Shown here: piece by piece, positions 27,501 to 36,070 of the stretch
How the letters are laid out: every line of letters begins with the position of its first letter
Numbering within the stretch: position 1 is the first letter of the stretch
Assembly (NCBI GenBank): GCA_016702305.1
Contig: JADJEH010000001.1
Location: forward strand, 312,077 to 376,076
DNA: 64,000 nucleotides
Source: a bacterium
GTDB taxonomy: Bacteria > Electryoneota > RPQS01
Direction: 5' to 3'
Made by a program: the position numbers and the translations under genes
Notes under the pieces: model-generated
The model's input: the letters and a program-made list of their open reading frames with translations, nothing else
Databases searched by the model: none
What the model was told of the DNA's origin: nothing

Positions 27501-27871
27501 ACATACTCGGCTTCACCATACTTAGCGACGTCGAGTTTCGAGGTGAAACCCAGTTCCTTGTCCGCCGTCAACTCAATCGGCAGCCCGTGCGTATCCCAAC
27601 CCGCCTTGCGCAGCACGCGGAAGCCCTGCATCGTCTTATAGCGCGGCCACAAATCCTTCAACGCGCTCTGCATCATATGCCCGATATGCGGCAGCCCGTT
27701 CGTCCCCGGAGGACCGTCGAAAAACACAAAATCCCGCCCGCCCGCGCGCTCCGAAATGGAACGCTCGAAAATCTTCCGCTCTTCCCAGAACTTCAGAATC
27801 TCGTGGTCAACAGCCGGCAAATGCAGTTTTTCGGATACGGGTTTTAACATAGTAGACTTACAATCTCTCAA
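24575..27871 (-). CDS. ileS: isoleucyl-tRNA synthetase
   Basis: HIGH appears as PHIGHMMQ. KMSKS appears as KMSKSLGN. The CP1 editing domain is present. The product is 1098 aa. The gene is linked to lspA as in many bacteria. Confidence 0.95.
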   Translation of the reverse strand: MRDCKSTMLKPVSEKLHLPAVDHEILKFWEERKIFERSISERAGGRDFVFFDGPPGTNGLPHIGHMMQSALKDLWPRYKTMQGFRVLRKAGWDTHGLPIELTADKELGFTSKLDVAKYGEAEYVDYCRKTVFRFKQEWEVAIRRIGRFLDLENAYATYEPYYIQSDWWTLKQAWNLELEGEAREKALRLGQSPRYLYKDYRVMAYSPRTGTTLSNFEVAQGYQDVTDLTLYVKFKVIGEANLYLTAWTTTPWTLLSNLAVACGPEIEYSIVERAETGKKLIIATARLEALKPMLGEYRVVGTKLGKELAGLRYEPLFDWLKQPGTRACSVVCDDYVTTEDGTGLVHLANYGEDDFRILRKMEIPVVLTVDANGLVGEHAKPFAGREFREEGLDVDILKYLQAKGLLLGKEKYTHTYPFDYRTKTPLMYFPRPAWFIRTTALKEMMLEANQHIGWKPDHVRDGRFGNWLENVQDWNVTRERYWGSPLPVWQTEDGSESVCVESLAELEKLASAQGWSLSSDPHKPAIDKIILRTADGRELRRENFVLDSWFNAGLMPWGQFGYPAAEGSDKLFMSQYPADFISEGQDQTRGWFYTLLACSCLVAKAKLQEAERDNDADAKKFWGNPGNWSSYKNVICTELVLDSKGLKMSKSLGNVVDPMVLFEKFGADPVRWIFFATNPWLAKRFGEEEIREAVRSVILPLWNSYSFFTTYAVIDGWTPSKAKVERTELDRWIVSEYNRLIEEVTTNLDQYDVGRAAQAILSFLDELTNWYIRRSRRRFWKSESDADKHAAYATLYDVLEGLVRLLAPFLPFLCEHIYQNLVRGLDASAAESVHLAQYPAADSAQRDRNLERQMARVQEAVSLARALREERKLKVRQPLARMTWVVPEAGAAAELEPYLGLVADEINVKQIEIHGSDDGLVSLSAKANFKLLGKKVGGRMKEFAAAIELLSPAQLAQMEQSGSVRVLDMELAAEDVLVRREELAGFAVQSDGHMTIALDTHMTPDLVAEGLAREVVHAVQSARKDAGFEITDRIAIELSTDAGELAAAVKQFEEYICRETLCTELLIAHGGGDQKAGDHAFGLTVAQRSETATEMTQV

Positions 27872-28679
27872 TCAACCCCGTCATAATCTTGGTCATCTTC
27901 GGTTCGGCTTCGGCGGCGTTTTTCAGGATGTGCTCGATTGAAGCAACCTTCAGACAGTCGGCAAAGCCTTCGTCCGTAATAATGGACATGCCGAAGACTT
28001 CCATGCCGCCGTGATTAGCCACTATCACTTCCGGCACCGTGCTCATGCCTACCACATCCGCACCCATCGTGCGCAGCATCCGATACTCCGCGCGTGTTTC
28101 CAGATTCGGGCCGGCCACAGCAACATACGTCCCGCGCTGCACCTTAATGCCCATCTCCATGGCGGCCTGTTCCGCGATTCCAATCAGCCGCCGCGAATAC
28201 GGTTCGCTCATGTCGGGAAAGCGCGGGCCGAGCTTGTCTTCATTTGGCCCGATCAGCGGATTATCGCCCAACATATTGATATGATCATCCATGATCATCA
28301 GATCGCCCGCACGATACAGCGGATTGATACAGCCGCACGCGTTCGACACGAGCATCGCGCGACAGCCGAGCGCCTTCATCACGCGCACCGGATAGGTGAT
28401 CTCCTGCATCGTATAGCCTTCATAATAATGAAAGCGCCCCTGCATGGCCATCACCTGCTTGCCGCCCAGCATACCGAAATGCAAATTCCCGTGGTGCGTC
28501 TCGACCGTGGACTGCACGAAGTGCGGCACGTCACCGTACTCAATCGTCACATCTACCTTGATCTCCCGGGCCAGTCCGCCCAGACCCGTGCCCAGAATAA
28601 TCCCGACTTCGGGCTTGGCCTTGAGCTTCGGCGTCAACGCGGCAAGCGTTTCATCCAGTTGCTTGAGAATCTGACTCAT
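27858..28679 (-). CDS. punA: purine nucleoside phosphorylase (PNP-I family, PunA/DeoD-II-like)
   Basis: GTGLGGLA, MQGRFHYYEGY, ...VGMSTVPEV... and ...SNACG... are hallmark PNP family 1 motifs. Confidence 0.85.
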   Translation of the reverse strand: MSQILKQLDETLAALTPKLKAKPEVGIILGTGLGGLAREIKVDVTIEYGDVPHFVQSTVETHHGNLHFGMLGGKQVMAMQGRFHYYEGYTMQEITYPVRVMKALGCRAMLVSNACGCINPLYRAGDLMIMDDHINMLGDNPLIGPNEDKLGPRFPDMSEPYSRRLIGIAEQAAMEMGIKVQRGTYVAVAGPNLETRAEYRMLRTMGADVVGMSTVPEVIVANHGGMEVFGMSIITDEGFADCLKVASIEHILKNAAEAEPKMTKIMTGLIERL

Positions 28680-29142
28680 GTCTATCGTTCGGGCTTTCGT
28701 TCTCGATCATTTTCAACATCTCGCCATGCGACTCGTGTAAATAGCGCAGCCGCTTGACGAAAGACTCCCGTTCAAGCACCAACTCGCGCAGTTGTTCGCG
28801 AGCCGTGCTCACCTGCCGCTGGCCGTCCAGCAAAATCTTCTCGGCCTCAACCCGGGCTTCGGCCAATATTGTCTCACGCTCCCGCTCGGCTTGGGCGCGG
28901 GCGTCGGTCATCCCCTGTTGCGTCGCCACGACGGTGTCGCGCAGCGTCTTTTCCAGTTCCCGAAACGCGGACAACTGCTTCTCCGCCGTGCGGACCGCCT
29001 CTTCGGCCTCGGCCAGCCGCACCTGCAGTTGCCCAAGCTCCGCTGCCACCGTCTCGAGGAACACCCGCACTTCCGTCACATTATAACCGCGCAGCGACCG
29101 TGTAAACTCGTGCCGCGAAATCTCGACCGGATTCAGACTCAC
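28651..29142 (-). CDS. divIVA: DivIVA-domain cell-division/polar scaffold protein
   Basis: The N-terminus is ...ISRHEFTRSLRGYNVTEVRVFLETV..., the DivIVA lipid-binding domain. A long coiled coil follows. Confidence 0.75.
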   Translation of the reverse strand: MSLNPVEISRHEFTRSLRGYNVTEVRVFLETVAAELGQLQVRLAEAEEAVRTAEKQLSAFRELEKTLRDTVVATQQGMTDARAQAERERETILAEARVEAEKILLDGQRQVSTAREQLRELVLERESFVKRLRYLHESHGEMLKMIENESPNDRHESDSQATG

Positions 29143-29852
29143 GCTGTTCGTGCTCCCCAGAGGATTGTACCTAACCGAATCTCAGTCGCGCCTTCTTCTA
29201 TCGCCCAATCAAAATCACCGCTCATCCCCATCGAGAGCACCGGGAGGCGCGCGCCGCCAAAATCCCGCTCCAACCGGTCCCGCAAATCCCGCAGGTCAGC
29301 AAAACTCTGCCGAATCTCCCGTTCACCGTCGGTTAGCGGGCCAATGGTCATAAGTCCAAAAAAATCAATATTTTCAAGTCTCAGCACCCGTTCCGCCAAC
29401 CAAGAGGCGCGAAGAGGGTCAATTCCGGACTTTTGTGCCTCATGAGAGGTATTGACCTGAAGCAGCACCCGAACTCGCCGACCCGCCTGTCCCGCCGCCC
29501 GCGCCACCGTTTCCGCCAAGTCTTCGCTATCTACCGTGTCGAGGCAGTCAAACAGTTCGACCGCCTTTTTCACCTTGTTCGATTGCAAATGGCCAATAAG
29601 GTGCAGCCGCCGCGCATTCGCTATGGAGACTAACTCGCCATTTCCATATTTTACAATTGCTTCCTGAACTTTATTTTCCCCCAAATCCCCAAGGTTCAGG
29701 GCACGCGCTTTGCTCAATACTCCCTGTGGGTGGCCCTTTGTGACCCCCACCACGGTAATCTCCTCGACCGACCGCCCCGACCGCGAACAGGCGGAGGCGA
29801 TGCGCTCCAGAACTCGGGCGTAGGCTGCAACATGGTCAGAGGACATTCCCAA
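29139..29852 (-). CDS. yggS: YggS/PLPBP-family pyridoxal-phosphate homeostasis protein
   Basis: The PLP-Lys context is ...VGVTKGHP.... ...HLIGHLQSNKVK... and a C-terminal G.GMSGDF motif are present. Confidence 0.85.
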   Translation of the reverse strand: MGMSSDHVAAYARVLERIASACSRSGRSVEEITVVGVTKGHPQGVLSKARALNLGDLGENKVQEAIVKYGNGELVSIANARRLHLIGHLQSNKVKKAVELFDCLDTVDSEDLAETVARAAGQAGRRVRVLLQVNTSHEAQKSGIDPLRASWLAERVLRLENIDFFGLMTIGPLTDGEREIRQSFADLRDLRDRLERDFGGARLPVLSMGMSGDFDWAIEEGATEIRLGTILWGARTA

Positions 29853-29887
29853 AGGCTCGCGTTTTGGTCGAGCCTAAAATATAGGGG

Positions 29888-29916
29888 ATTGAGTCCGAAC
29901 CTGCAAGCAACTCTGC
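29888..29916 (-). promoter_or_regulatory. candidate promoter for the yggS-to-rluD operon (minus strand): TTGCAG, 17 nt, TATATT
   Basis: The reverse complement reads TTGCAGgttcggactcaatccccTATATT. A 7-bp hairpin AGGCTCG/CGAGCCT follows in the short 5' UTR. Confidence 0.3.
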
Positions 29917-30009
29917 CCCAGTCGAGGAGCATCTCGGGCGACCTTCCCGAAATTCCCGATAGACGGTAACTTATCCACAAATCGGCGCGTTTTTTTGTGA
30001 GTCTTTGGG

Positions 30010-30038
30010 TTGATTTTCCACTTGAACTTCATTACATT
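30010..30038 (+). promoter_or_regulatory. candidate sigma70 promoter for the mltD-like gene: TTGATT, 17 nt, TACATT
   Basis: A -35 at 30010-30015 and a -10 at 30033-30038 lie in a locally AT-rich divergent intergenic region. Confidence 0.35.
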
Positions 30039-30158
30039 CAATAGCTCAAACTGGGTCAGTCCCGAATGGCGATCGGACACTGCCCAGCCTCACTCGACGG
30101 GTTCGGAAGAGCTGCGGCTTCCACCCCAACTGCGACACCCTCTAACACGGATGAATGC

Positions 30159-32099
30159 ATGACGCGTGGACGCTTAGCTCTGCTGGCTGTATTGGCCGCA
30201 CTTTACCTGTTGATGGGCTGCTCCGCCAGCCGACAACTCTCCAGCCAATCCGGTCGCACTGAATTCCAAGAGCGAATCAGCCAGCCTGACCAGCTTACGG
30301 ACCGCGAACAGTGGAGCCTCGCCCGCAAAGCCTACGCGTACGCCCAGCGCGCCGAGCAACGCGGTCAGACCGAAGACGCCGCCTTCTACTACGAAACATC
30401 GCTTGAATTGCTCGGTGATTTGGATCTGGCTTCAATTGACGTCGAAATGCACCGCGTCGCCAGTTTCAACCGCCGCGTCCTCGATAGCTACGACCTGTTC
30501 GTTTCCAACACGAAATCTCTGCCCGCATCGTCGGGGCTGACCGCCGTCATTGAAGCCGGCGAGGTCCAGCACGACGGAGAAGACGAAGAGGACGACGCGC
30601 CCGACGAGATTGAAGTCGTCGCACCCGCGCCGGTCGAGCAGCCGTTTGCCGAGACCGAAGTCGTGTCCGTCAAACCGATGCTGCCGCCCGTTCCGATGGA
30701 AATCAACAGCAAGGTCCGCAACCAGATACACTTCTTCCAGACCAAGGGCAATAAGGTCATGAACCGCTGGATGGAGCGCGCCGCTGTGGTCTTCCCGCGG
30801 ATGCGCCCAATCCTGCGCGAAGAAGGTATCCCGCAGGAGATGCTCTATCTTTCGATGATCGAGTCCGGCCTCAATATGCAGGCCTACTCATATGCACACG
30901 CCTCCGGCCTCTGGCAGTTCATTCCCGGCACCGCGCGCAACTACGGCTTGCATGTGGATCGTGCCTATGACGAACGCCGTCATGTTGAAATGGCCACCCG
31001 CGCCGCCTGTGCCTACTTGCGCACGCTTTACGAAATGTTCGGCGACTGGTATTTGGCCATGGCCGCCTACAATTGCGGCGAAGGCCGAATTGCCAAAGAG
31101 ATCAAGCGCTGCAAGACCACCGACTATTGGGAAATGCACCGCCTGCCGCGCCAGACCAAGGGCTATGTCCCAACCTATCTGGCTGCCCGAACCATCTGCG
31201 AAAATCCGACTCGCTACGGCTTCCCGCCCTTGCCGCCGGAACGTCCTTTCGAATGCGAGCGCATCTTTGTGCCGGGCGGATACAAGATTGACGATATTGC
31301 CCGGGCGGCCGGACATGATCCGCAGGCCGTGCGGGAGCTGAATCCTGAGTTCTTGAAAGGCGTCATCCCCGACCGCGGTCAAGAGATGCTGGTCCGCCTG
31401 CCGGGATCCGCGTCCGAGTCGTTCTCAGAAGAACTCGCCAACCTGCCGAAGACGGTGATCGCGCCGACCAGCGTGCACCGCGTCCGCAAGGGCGATACCC
31501 TGAACAAGATCGCCAGCAAGTACGGCACGAGCGTCAATGCGATTCTCGGCATGCCTGAAAACAAGCGCGTCAAGGCGCGTTCGTTGCGCGTCGGTCAGGA
31601 AATAGTTATTCCGGTCACCGAAGTCCGCTACGCTGAACAGGCGCCGGCGAAGACCGTCAAAGAAACCGCCGCTGAACGGAGTGCTGAGTCCGCCGCCGTC
31701 TCCGAGACGGTCACCGACCGCATCACCTACACGGTCCACCGCGGCGAATCGCTCGGCAGCATTTCCGGCCGCTTGGGTGTGTCGGTAGATCAGATCTGCC
31801 GTGAAAACGGCATCAGCAATCCCAACAAGATCCAGCCTGGCCAAAAGCTCACCGTCACCGTCAAGGGTGAGCAGCAGGTCATGCAAGTGGCTCAGGCCGC
31901 CAAGAGCAAGTCGAAATCAAAAATCGCCTCCACCGGCACTTCCGATGCCGCCAAGAAGTACTACACCGTGCAGCGCGGCGACACCGCCTGGAGCATCGCC
32001 CAGCGCCACGGCCTCGATCTTGACACCATGCTCAAGCTCAATCGTCTGTCGCGCCGCGCCAATATCTACCCCGGTCAGCGCTTAGTCGTTAGTAAGTAG
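30159..32099 (+). CDS. mltD: membrane-bound lytic murein transglycosylase, MltD-like (SLT domain + 3 LysM), lipoprotein
   Basis: The lipobox signal is MTRGRLALLAVLAALYLLMG|C. The SLT catalytic block is ...LYLSMIESGLNMQAYSYAHASGLWQFIPGTAR.... Three C-terminal LysM repeats are present (YxV.(R/K)GD(T/S)L..IA..). Confidence 0.8.
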   Translation: MTRGRLALLAVLAALYLLMGCSASRQLSSQSGRTEFQERISQPDQLTDREQWSLARKAYAYAQRAEQRGQTEDAAFYYETSLELLGDLDLASIDVEMHRVASFNRRVLDSYDLFVSNTKSLPASSGLTAVIEAGEVQHDGEDEEDDAPDEIEVVAPAPVEQPFAETEVVSVKPMLPPVPMEINSKVRNQIHFFQTKGNKVMNRWMERAAVVFPRMRPILREEGIPQEMLYLSMIESGLNMQAYSYAHASGLWQFIPGTARNYGLHVDRAYDERRHVEMATRAACAYLRTLYEMFGDWYLAMAAYNCGEGRIAKEIKRCKTTDYWEMHRLPRQTKGYVPTYLAARTICENPTRYGFPPLPPERPFECERIFVPGGYKIDDIARAAGHDPQAVRELNPEFLKGVIPDRGQEMLVRLPGSASESFSEELANLPKTVIAPTSVHRVRKGDTLNKIASKYGTSVNAILGMPENKRVKARSLRVGQEIVIPVTEVRYAEQAPAKTVKETAAERSAESAAVSETVTDRITYTVHRGESLGSISGRLGVSVDQICRENGISNPNKIQPGQKLTVTVKGEQQVMQVAQAAKSKSKSKIASTGTSDAAKKYYTVQRGDTAWSIAQRHGLDLDTMLKLNRLSRRANIYPGQRLVVSK

Positions 32100-32189
32100 T
32101 TTCGAGCAACACCGTCGCGCTCGCGGCGGCAGGTGTTTGCGTCTGACCCTATAGTTCCCGTATTGTTCACTTCATGATGGAGACTTGCT

Positions 32190-32480
32190 GTGGGTCGCAC
32201 GGTGACCAAACAGGAGCTTGTTGACAAACTCGCCGAAGGCATCGGCCTCACCCGCATCGAAACACAAGCCGTCGTTGACGGCTTTTTGGCCCTTGTTATG
32301 GAGGCCGTCTCCACCGGCGATCGCGTCGAATTGCGCCGCTTTGGAGTATGGAAACCTGTGCATCGCAAAGGCCGTCAAGTGCGCACGCCTGATGGTTTGC
32401 ACGAAGTCCAAATCCCCGACCGCACCGCCGCCGTGTTCGTTCCCGCCGACGAGTTCCGCGACCGCATGCTCAAAGACTGA
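32190..32480 (+). CDS. HU/IHF-family nucleoid DNA-binding protein
   Basis: GTG start. ...TKQELVDKLAEGIGLTRIETQAVVDGFLALVMEAV..GDRVELRRFGVW... ends in an RTPDG-type beta-arm, as in the HU/IHF fold. Confidence 0.85.
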   Translation: MGRTVTKQELVDKLAEGIGLTRIETQAVVDGFLALVMEAVSTGDRVELRRFGVWKPVHRKGRQVRTPDGLHEVQIPDRTAAVFVPADEFRDRMLKD

Positions 32481-32578
32481 GCCGCGTTCGTACTGTCCAC
32501 GCCGCGTTTTTTTCCTGTTACTGTTAATACATCATTCACCCCGCCAAGGCCTGCGCCGAGGCAGAAACGGAGACACCC

Positions 32579-32674
32579 TTGCCCTGTGGTAAGAAGCGCA
32601 AGCGCCATAAAATGGCCACGCACAAGCGCAAAAAAAGACTGCGCAAGAATCGCCATAAAAAGAAACTGCGCTAA
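32579..32674 (+). CDS. rpsV: 30S ribosomal protein bS22 (RpsV-like) micro-ORF, 31 aa, TTG start
   Basis: The translation (M)PCGKKRKRHKMATHKRKKRLRKNRHKKKLR* was read by hand. It is not in the ORF track because it is under 60 aa. It closely resembles the Lys/Arg/His-rich bS22 peptides of Bacteroidota and Actinobacteria (...GKKRKRHK.ATHKRKKR.R.NRHKKK). An ATG at 32612 would give a 20-aa version. Confidence 0.6.
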   Translation: MPCGKKRKRHKMATHKRKKRLRKNRHKKKLR

Positions 32675-32748
32675 GGGTCACGCGCGTTCGCGCGTGACTC
32701 CCACCGCCGGATCATCACGGGTGCGGGCCTTCTTCGTGAGGCCCCGCC

Positions 32749-34020
32749 GTGTTTGTAGGATTACCCCTCACCGTGAATTCCGACCCCGCAGCCAAGCCTA
32801 ATGCCGATGCCCAAAGCCTGACGGTCTCCGCACTCACGCGTGAGATCAAACGGCTCTTGCGCGAACGCTTCGAGCCGCTGTGGGTCGAAGGCGAACTGTC
32901 CGGGTACAAGCCGCACTCCAGCGGCCACCACTACTTTACGCTGAAAGACGCGACCGCACAACTGTCCTGCGCCATGTGGCGCATGTACGGAAAAGGGCTG
33001 CGCTTTACGCCGCGAGACGGTCTGCTCGTGCAGGCCTTCGGACAACTCGAGGTCTACGAACCGCAAGGCAAGTATCAGCTCATCGTCTATGAGCTCAGAC
33101 TGTCCGGCGAGGGGGAACTCCAGCGCGCCTTTGAAGAGCTGAAACGACGGCTCGAACAGGAAGGTCTGTTCGACAGCGCCCGTAAACGCCCGCTGCCGGC
33201 CTATCCCCACCGGATTGGCCTGGTGACCTCGCCCACCGGCGCGGCCCTGCGCGACATGCAGACCGTGGCGGCGCGGCGATGGCCGCTCACCGAACTCGTG
33301 CTGAAACCTGCGCGCGTACAGGGCAAAGGCGCTGCCGAAGAAATTGCTCAGGCCATCCGCGAGTTCTCCAATTCCGGCGACGTGGACATAGTTGTCGTCG
33401 GTCGCGGCGGCGGATCGCTCGAAGACCTCTGGTGCTTCAACGAAGAAGTCGTCGCGCGCGCCATCTTCGAAAGCAAAGTTCCCGTCGTCTCCGCAGTTGG
33501 ACACGAAATAGACTTCACGATCGCTGACTTTGTCGCCGATCTGCGCGCGCCAACGCCGTCCGCTGCCATGGAGATTATTCTCCCCGACGGAGCGGACATT
33601 CGGCGGCAACTGGTGCAGCTCGAACGCCGCCTGTCACGCATGACCGTGGATCGCGTGTCGCTGCTGAAACATCAACTGCACGCCCTGACCGCGCATTGGG
33701 CCTTGCGGCAACCGCTGCAATGGGCGCAGGCCGCCGCACAGCGCGTGGATGATTTGCATGATCGCTTGCACGAAGCGGCCCTCGCCGCACAATCCGCTGC
33801 CGCCGACGAGCACGCGCGGTTGCACGATCTCCTGACCGCCGTTTCACCACGGCGCGTCCTGCAGCGCGGCTTCGCTATCGTCCGCGACAGCGACGGAGTT
33901 GCGCTGCGCTCCGCCGCGCACACCCGGCCCGGTGAACTGCTCACGATTGAACTCGCCGCAGGCGAACTCAAGGCCCGCGTCCAGAACTCCGCCATCCCCG
34001 ATCTCTTCGATGACCGCTAA
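32749..34020 (+). CDS. xseA: exodeoxyribonuclease VII large subunit
   Basis: An N-terminal OB-fold is present (LTVSALTREIKRLLRERFEPLWVEGELSGYK...SGHHYFTLKD). The catalytic core is ...RGGGSLEDLW.FNEE.VARA.... The start is GTG at 32749. Confidence 0.9.
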   Translation: MFVGLPLTVNSDPAAKPNADAQSLTVSALTREIKRLLRERFEPLWVEGELSGYKPHSSGHHYFTLKDATAQLSCAMWRMYGKGLRFTPRDGLLVQAFGQLEVYEPQGKYQLIVYELRLSGEGELQRAFEELKRRLEQEGLFDSARKRPLPAYPHRIGLVTSPTGAALRDMQTVAARRWPLTELVLKPARVQGKGAAEEIAQAIREFSNSGDVDIVVVGRGGGSLEDLWCFNEEVVARAIFESKVPVVSAVGHEIDFTIADFVADLRAPTPSAAMEIILPDGADIRRQLVQLERRLSRMTVDRVSLLKHQLHALTAHWALRQPLQWAQAAAQRVDDLHDRLHEAALAAQSAAADEHARLHDLLTAVSPRRVLQRGFAIVRDSDGVALRSAAHTRPGELLTIELAAGELKARVQNSAIPDLFDDR

Positions 34021-34264
34021 ACCCAAAGCCACCAAAGCCGAATTCGTTGATCCCAAGAGCTTCGAAGAGGCTCTCGAACGTTTGCAGGAGCTCGTGGAAA
34101 AGCTCGAAGCCGGTGAAATCTCGCTGGAAGAATCCGTGCAGGCCTTCGAAGAAGGACAAAAGCTCTCCGTCTATTGCCAGCACAAGCTCAAAGCCGCCGA
34201 GGCGTCGTTGAAAAAACTGTTGGATCAGTCGGCCGCCGCTGATCCCCTTACGGAAGAAGAGTAG
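34010..34264 (+). CDS. xseB: exodeoxyribonuclease VII small subunit
   Basis: MTAKPKATKAEFVDPKSFEEALERLQELVEKLEAGEISLEESVQAFEEGQKLSVYCQHKL is a typical XseB helical hairpin. The gene overlaps the xseA stop by 11 nt. Confidence 0.8.
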   Translation: MTAKPKATKAEFVDPKSFEEALERLQELVEKLEAGEISLEESVQAFEEGQKLSVYCQHKLKAAEASLKKLLDQSAAADPLTEEE

Positions 34265-34276
34265 GGGAGACGCGCC

Positions 34277-35140
34277 GTGCTGCTCGGGATCATGGGTAAC
34301 CCCACCAAACCGCGCTTCGCCAAAGAGGTAGCGGCCTTTGCCGCGCTGTTGCGCGCACGCAGCGTGCCGTTTGTCTACGATGCTGAGAACCTGCCCGTCG
34401 TCCCGCTGTCGGCGCAGGAAGTCGTCGCCCATGATCGCATTGGCGAGCAGGCCGATCTCATACTTAGCTTCGGAGGGGACGGCACACTCTTACGCACTGC
34501 CGCAGCCGTGGCACCGCACGGCAAACCGATTCTCGGCGTCAATCTTGGCCCCGGCCTTGGCTACCTCACCGACGTAACGCCGTCCGAACTCAAAACAATG
34601 CTCGACCGCGTGCTTGCCGCGGACTACCGCGTCGAGGAACGCATGATGATTCAGGCCTCCGTCTCTGGAAACGATCGAGTCTTCCATGCCCTCAACGACT
34701 TCGTCGTCGGACAACCGGAAGTTTCCCGCACCAGCGCGTTTGATCTGTTCATTGATTCACTCCCGGCGTCAACCTATCGAGCCGACGGACTCATCATCGC
34801 GTCGCCTACTGGCTCGACCGCGTATTCGCTGTCCGCAGGCGGACCGATTCTCGAACCGACGCTGCAGGCCCTGATTATCACGCCCATCTGCCCGCACACT
34901 CTCAGCATGCGTCCGCTCGCCGTGTCCAGCAAACGGAGCATCGCGGTCCGTGCGCAAGGGCCGGCAGTTCTGACCGCCGATGGTGAGATGATTTGTTCGC
35001 TATCCGCCGAGCAGGAAGTCACCGTGCGCAAAGCCGACCTCGCCGCATTGCTGGTCAATATGCACCGCCGCGACTTCTATCACGTCCTGCGCGACAAACT
35101 CCGCTGGGGAGCGGCACCCGGCGGCTCGCAAAACCTCTAA
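34277..35140 (+). CDS. nadK: NAD(+) kinase
   Basis: GGDGT appears in SFGGDGTLLRTA. The NE/D short motif and ...DGLIIASPTGSTAYSLSAGGPI... match NadK/PpnK. Confidence 0.9.
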   Translation: MLLGIMGNPTKPRFAKEVAAFAALLRARSVPFVYDAENLPVVPLSAQEVVAHDRIGEQADLILSFGGDGTLLRTAAAVAPHGKPILGVNLGPGLGYLTDVTPSELKTMLDRVLAADYRVEERMMIQASVSGNDRVFHALNDFVVGQPEVSRTSAFDLFIDSLPASTYRADGLIIASPTGSTAYSLSAGGPILEPTLQALIITPICPHTLSMRPLAVSSKRSIAVRAQGPAVLTADGEMICSLSAEQEVTVRKADLAALLVNMHRRDFYHVLRDKLRWGAAPGGSQNL

Positions 35141-35146
35141 GGCCTC

Positions 35147-36070
35147 ATGGGACTTTTCGATAAACTCAAGAAAGCGCTAACCAAGACTCGCGAAGCCATC
35201 ACCGAAAAGTTGGCCGCCGTCTTTCGCCCGGGCCGCAAGCTCGATCGGGCGCTCTTGCAGGAGCTCGAAGATATCCTGCTCTCGGCCGATGTCGGCCTCG
35301 AAACCACCGAGTATCTCATTGAACGCTTGCAAGCGGCAGGACGCGCAGCCGGGCCGGAGGCTGATGCCGACGCGCTACTGCGGCAAGAGATCGTCGCTCT
35401 GCTGAAAGAGGCCGAAGGGACGCCGCCTGTGCCCGGTGATCCGCACGTCATATTGATCGTCGGAGTGAATGGCACCGGCAAAACCACCAGCGTGGGTAAA
35501 CTTGGGAAATACCTTGCATCACAAGGTCAATCCGTGATGTTTGTGGCAGCCGATACGTTCCGCGCAGCGGCCATTGATCAATTGAAGATCTGGGGCGAGC
35601 GCAGCAACATCCCCGTTGTCGCGGGAGAACCCAACGGCGACAGCGCCGCCGTAGCGGTGGATGCGTTGCAAGCAGCCCGCAGCCGCGGTATCCAGCGCCT
35701 CGTCGTGGACACCGCCGGTCGCCTGCATAACAAGAGCAATCTTATGCAGGAACTGGAGAAAGTCTCGCGCGTGCTAAATAAGCGACTGCCCGGCGCGCCC
35801 CACGAGGTACTCCTCGTTCTGGATGCCACGACCGGACAAAATGGCCTGAATCAGGCCAAGGAATTCACCAAGACCGCCGGAGTGACGGGGCTGATCCTCA
35901 CGAAGATTGACGGCACCGCCAAAGGCGGTGTCGCCTTAGCCATCGCCCGTACGATGAAACTGCCGATCTGTTACGTGGGCTTTGGTGAGTCCCTCGACGA
36001 CTTTGAAGCGTTTAGTGCCGAAAAATTTGCCGAAAGCCTGCTCGGCGAACGCTCCGAAGCCACTGCATGA
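35147..36070 (+). CDS. ftsY: signal recognition particle receptor FtsY (NG-domain-only short form)
   Basis: An N-domain helical bundle is followed by the G-domain. G1 is GVNGTGKTT. DTAGR and TKIDGTAKGG are present. Confidence 0.9.
   Translation: MGLFDKLKKALTKTREAITEKLAAVFRPGRKLDRALLQELEDILLSADVGLETTEYLIERLQAAGRAAGPEADADALLRQEIVALLKEAEGTPPVPGDPHVILIVGVNGTGKTTSVGKLGKYLASQGQSVMFVAADTFRAAAIDQLKIWGERSNIPVVAGEPNGDSAAVAVDALQAARSRGIQRLVVDTAGRLHNKSNLMQELEKVSRVLNKRLPGAPHEVLLVLDATTGQNGLNQAKEFTKTAGVTGLILTKIDGTAKGGVALAIARTMKLPICYVGFGESLDDFEAFSAEKFAESLLGERSEATA

Noticed and set aside
26738-27847. 369-aa plus-strand ORF
   Set aside because: It is antisense to ileS. The composition is Arg/Leu/Pro-rich, typical of GC-rich non-coding frames.
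32100-32150. Imperfect inverted repeat GCAACACC…GGTGTTTGC downstream of mltD
   Set aside because: The stem requires a bulge and there is no following T-tract. Too weak to call.
32481-32520. Possible terminator after HU (GC-rich segment followed by TTTTTTT)
   Set aside because: The GC-rich elements (GCCGCG … GCCGCG) are a direct repeat, not an inverted one. I could not draw a convincing stem, so I did not call a terminator despite the T-run.
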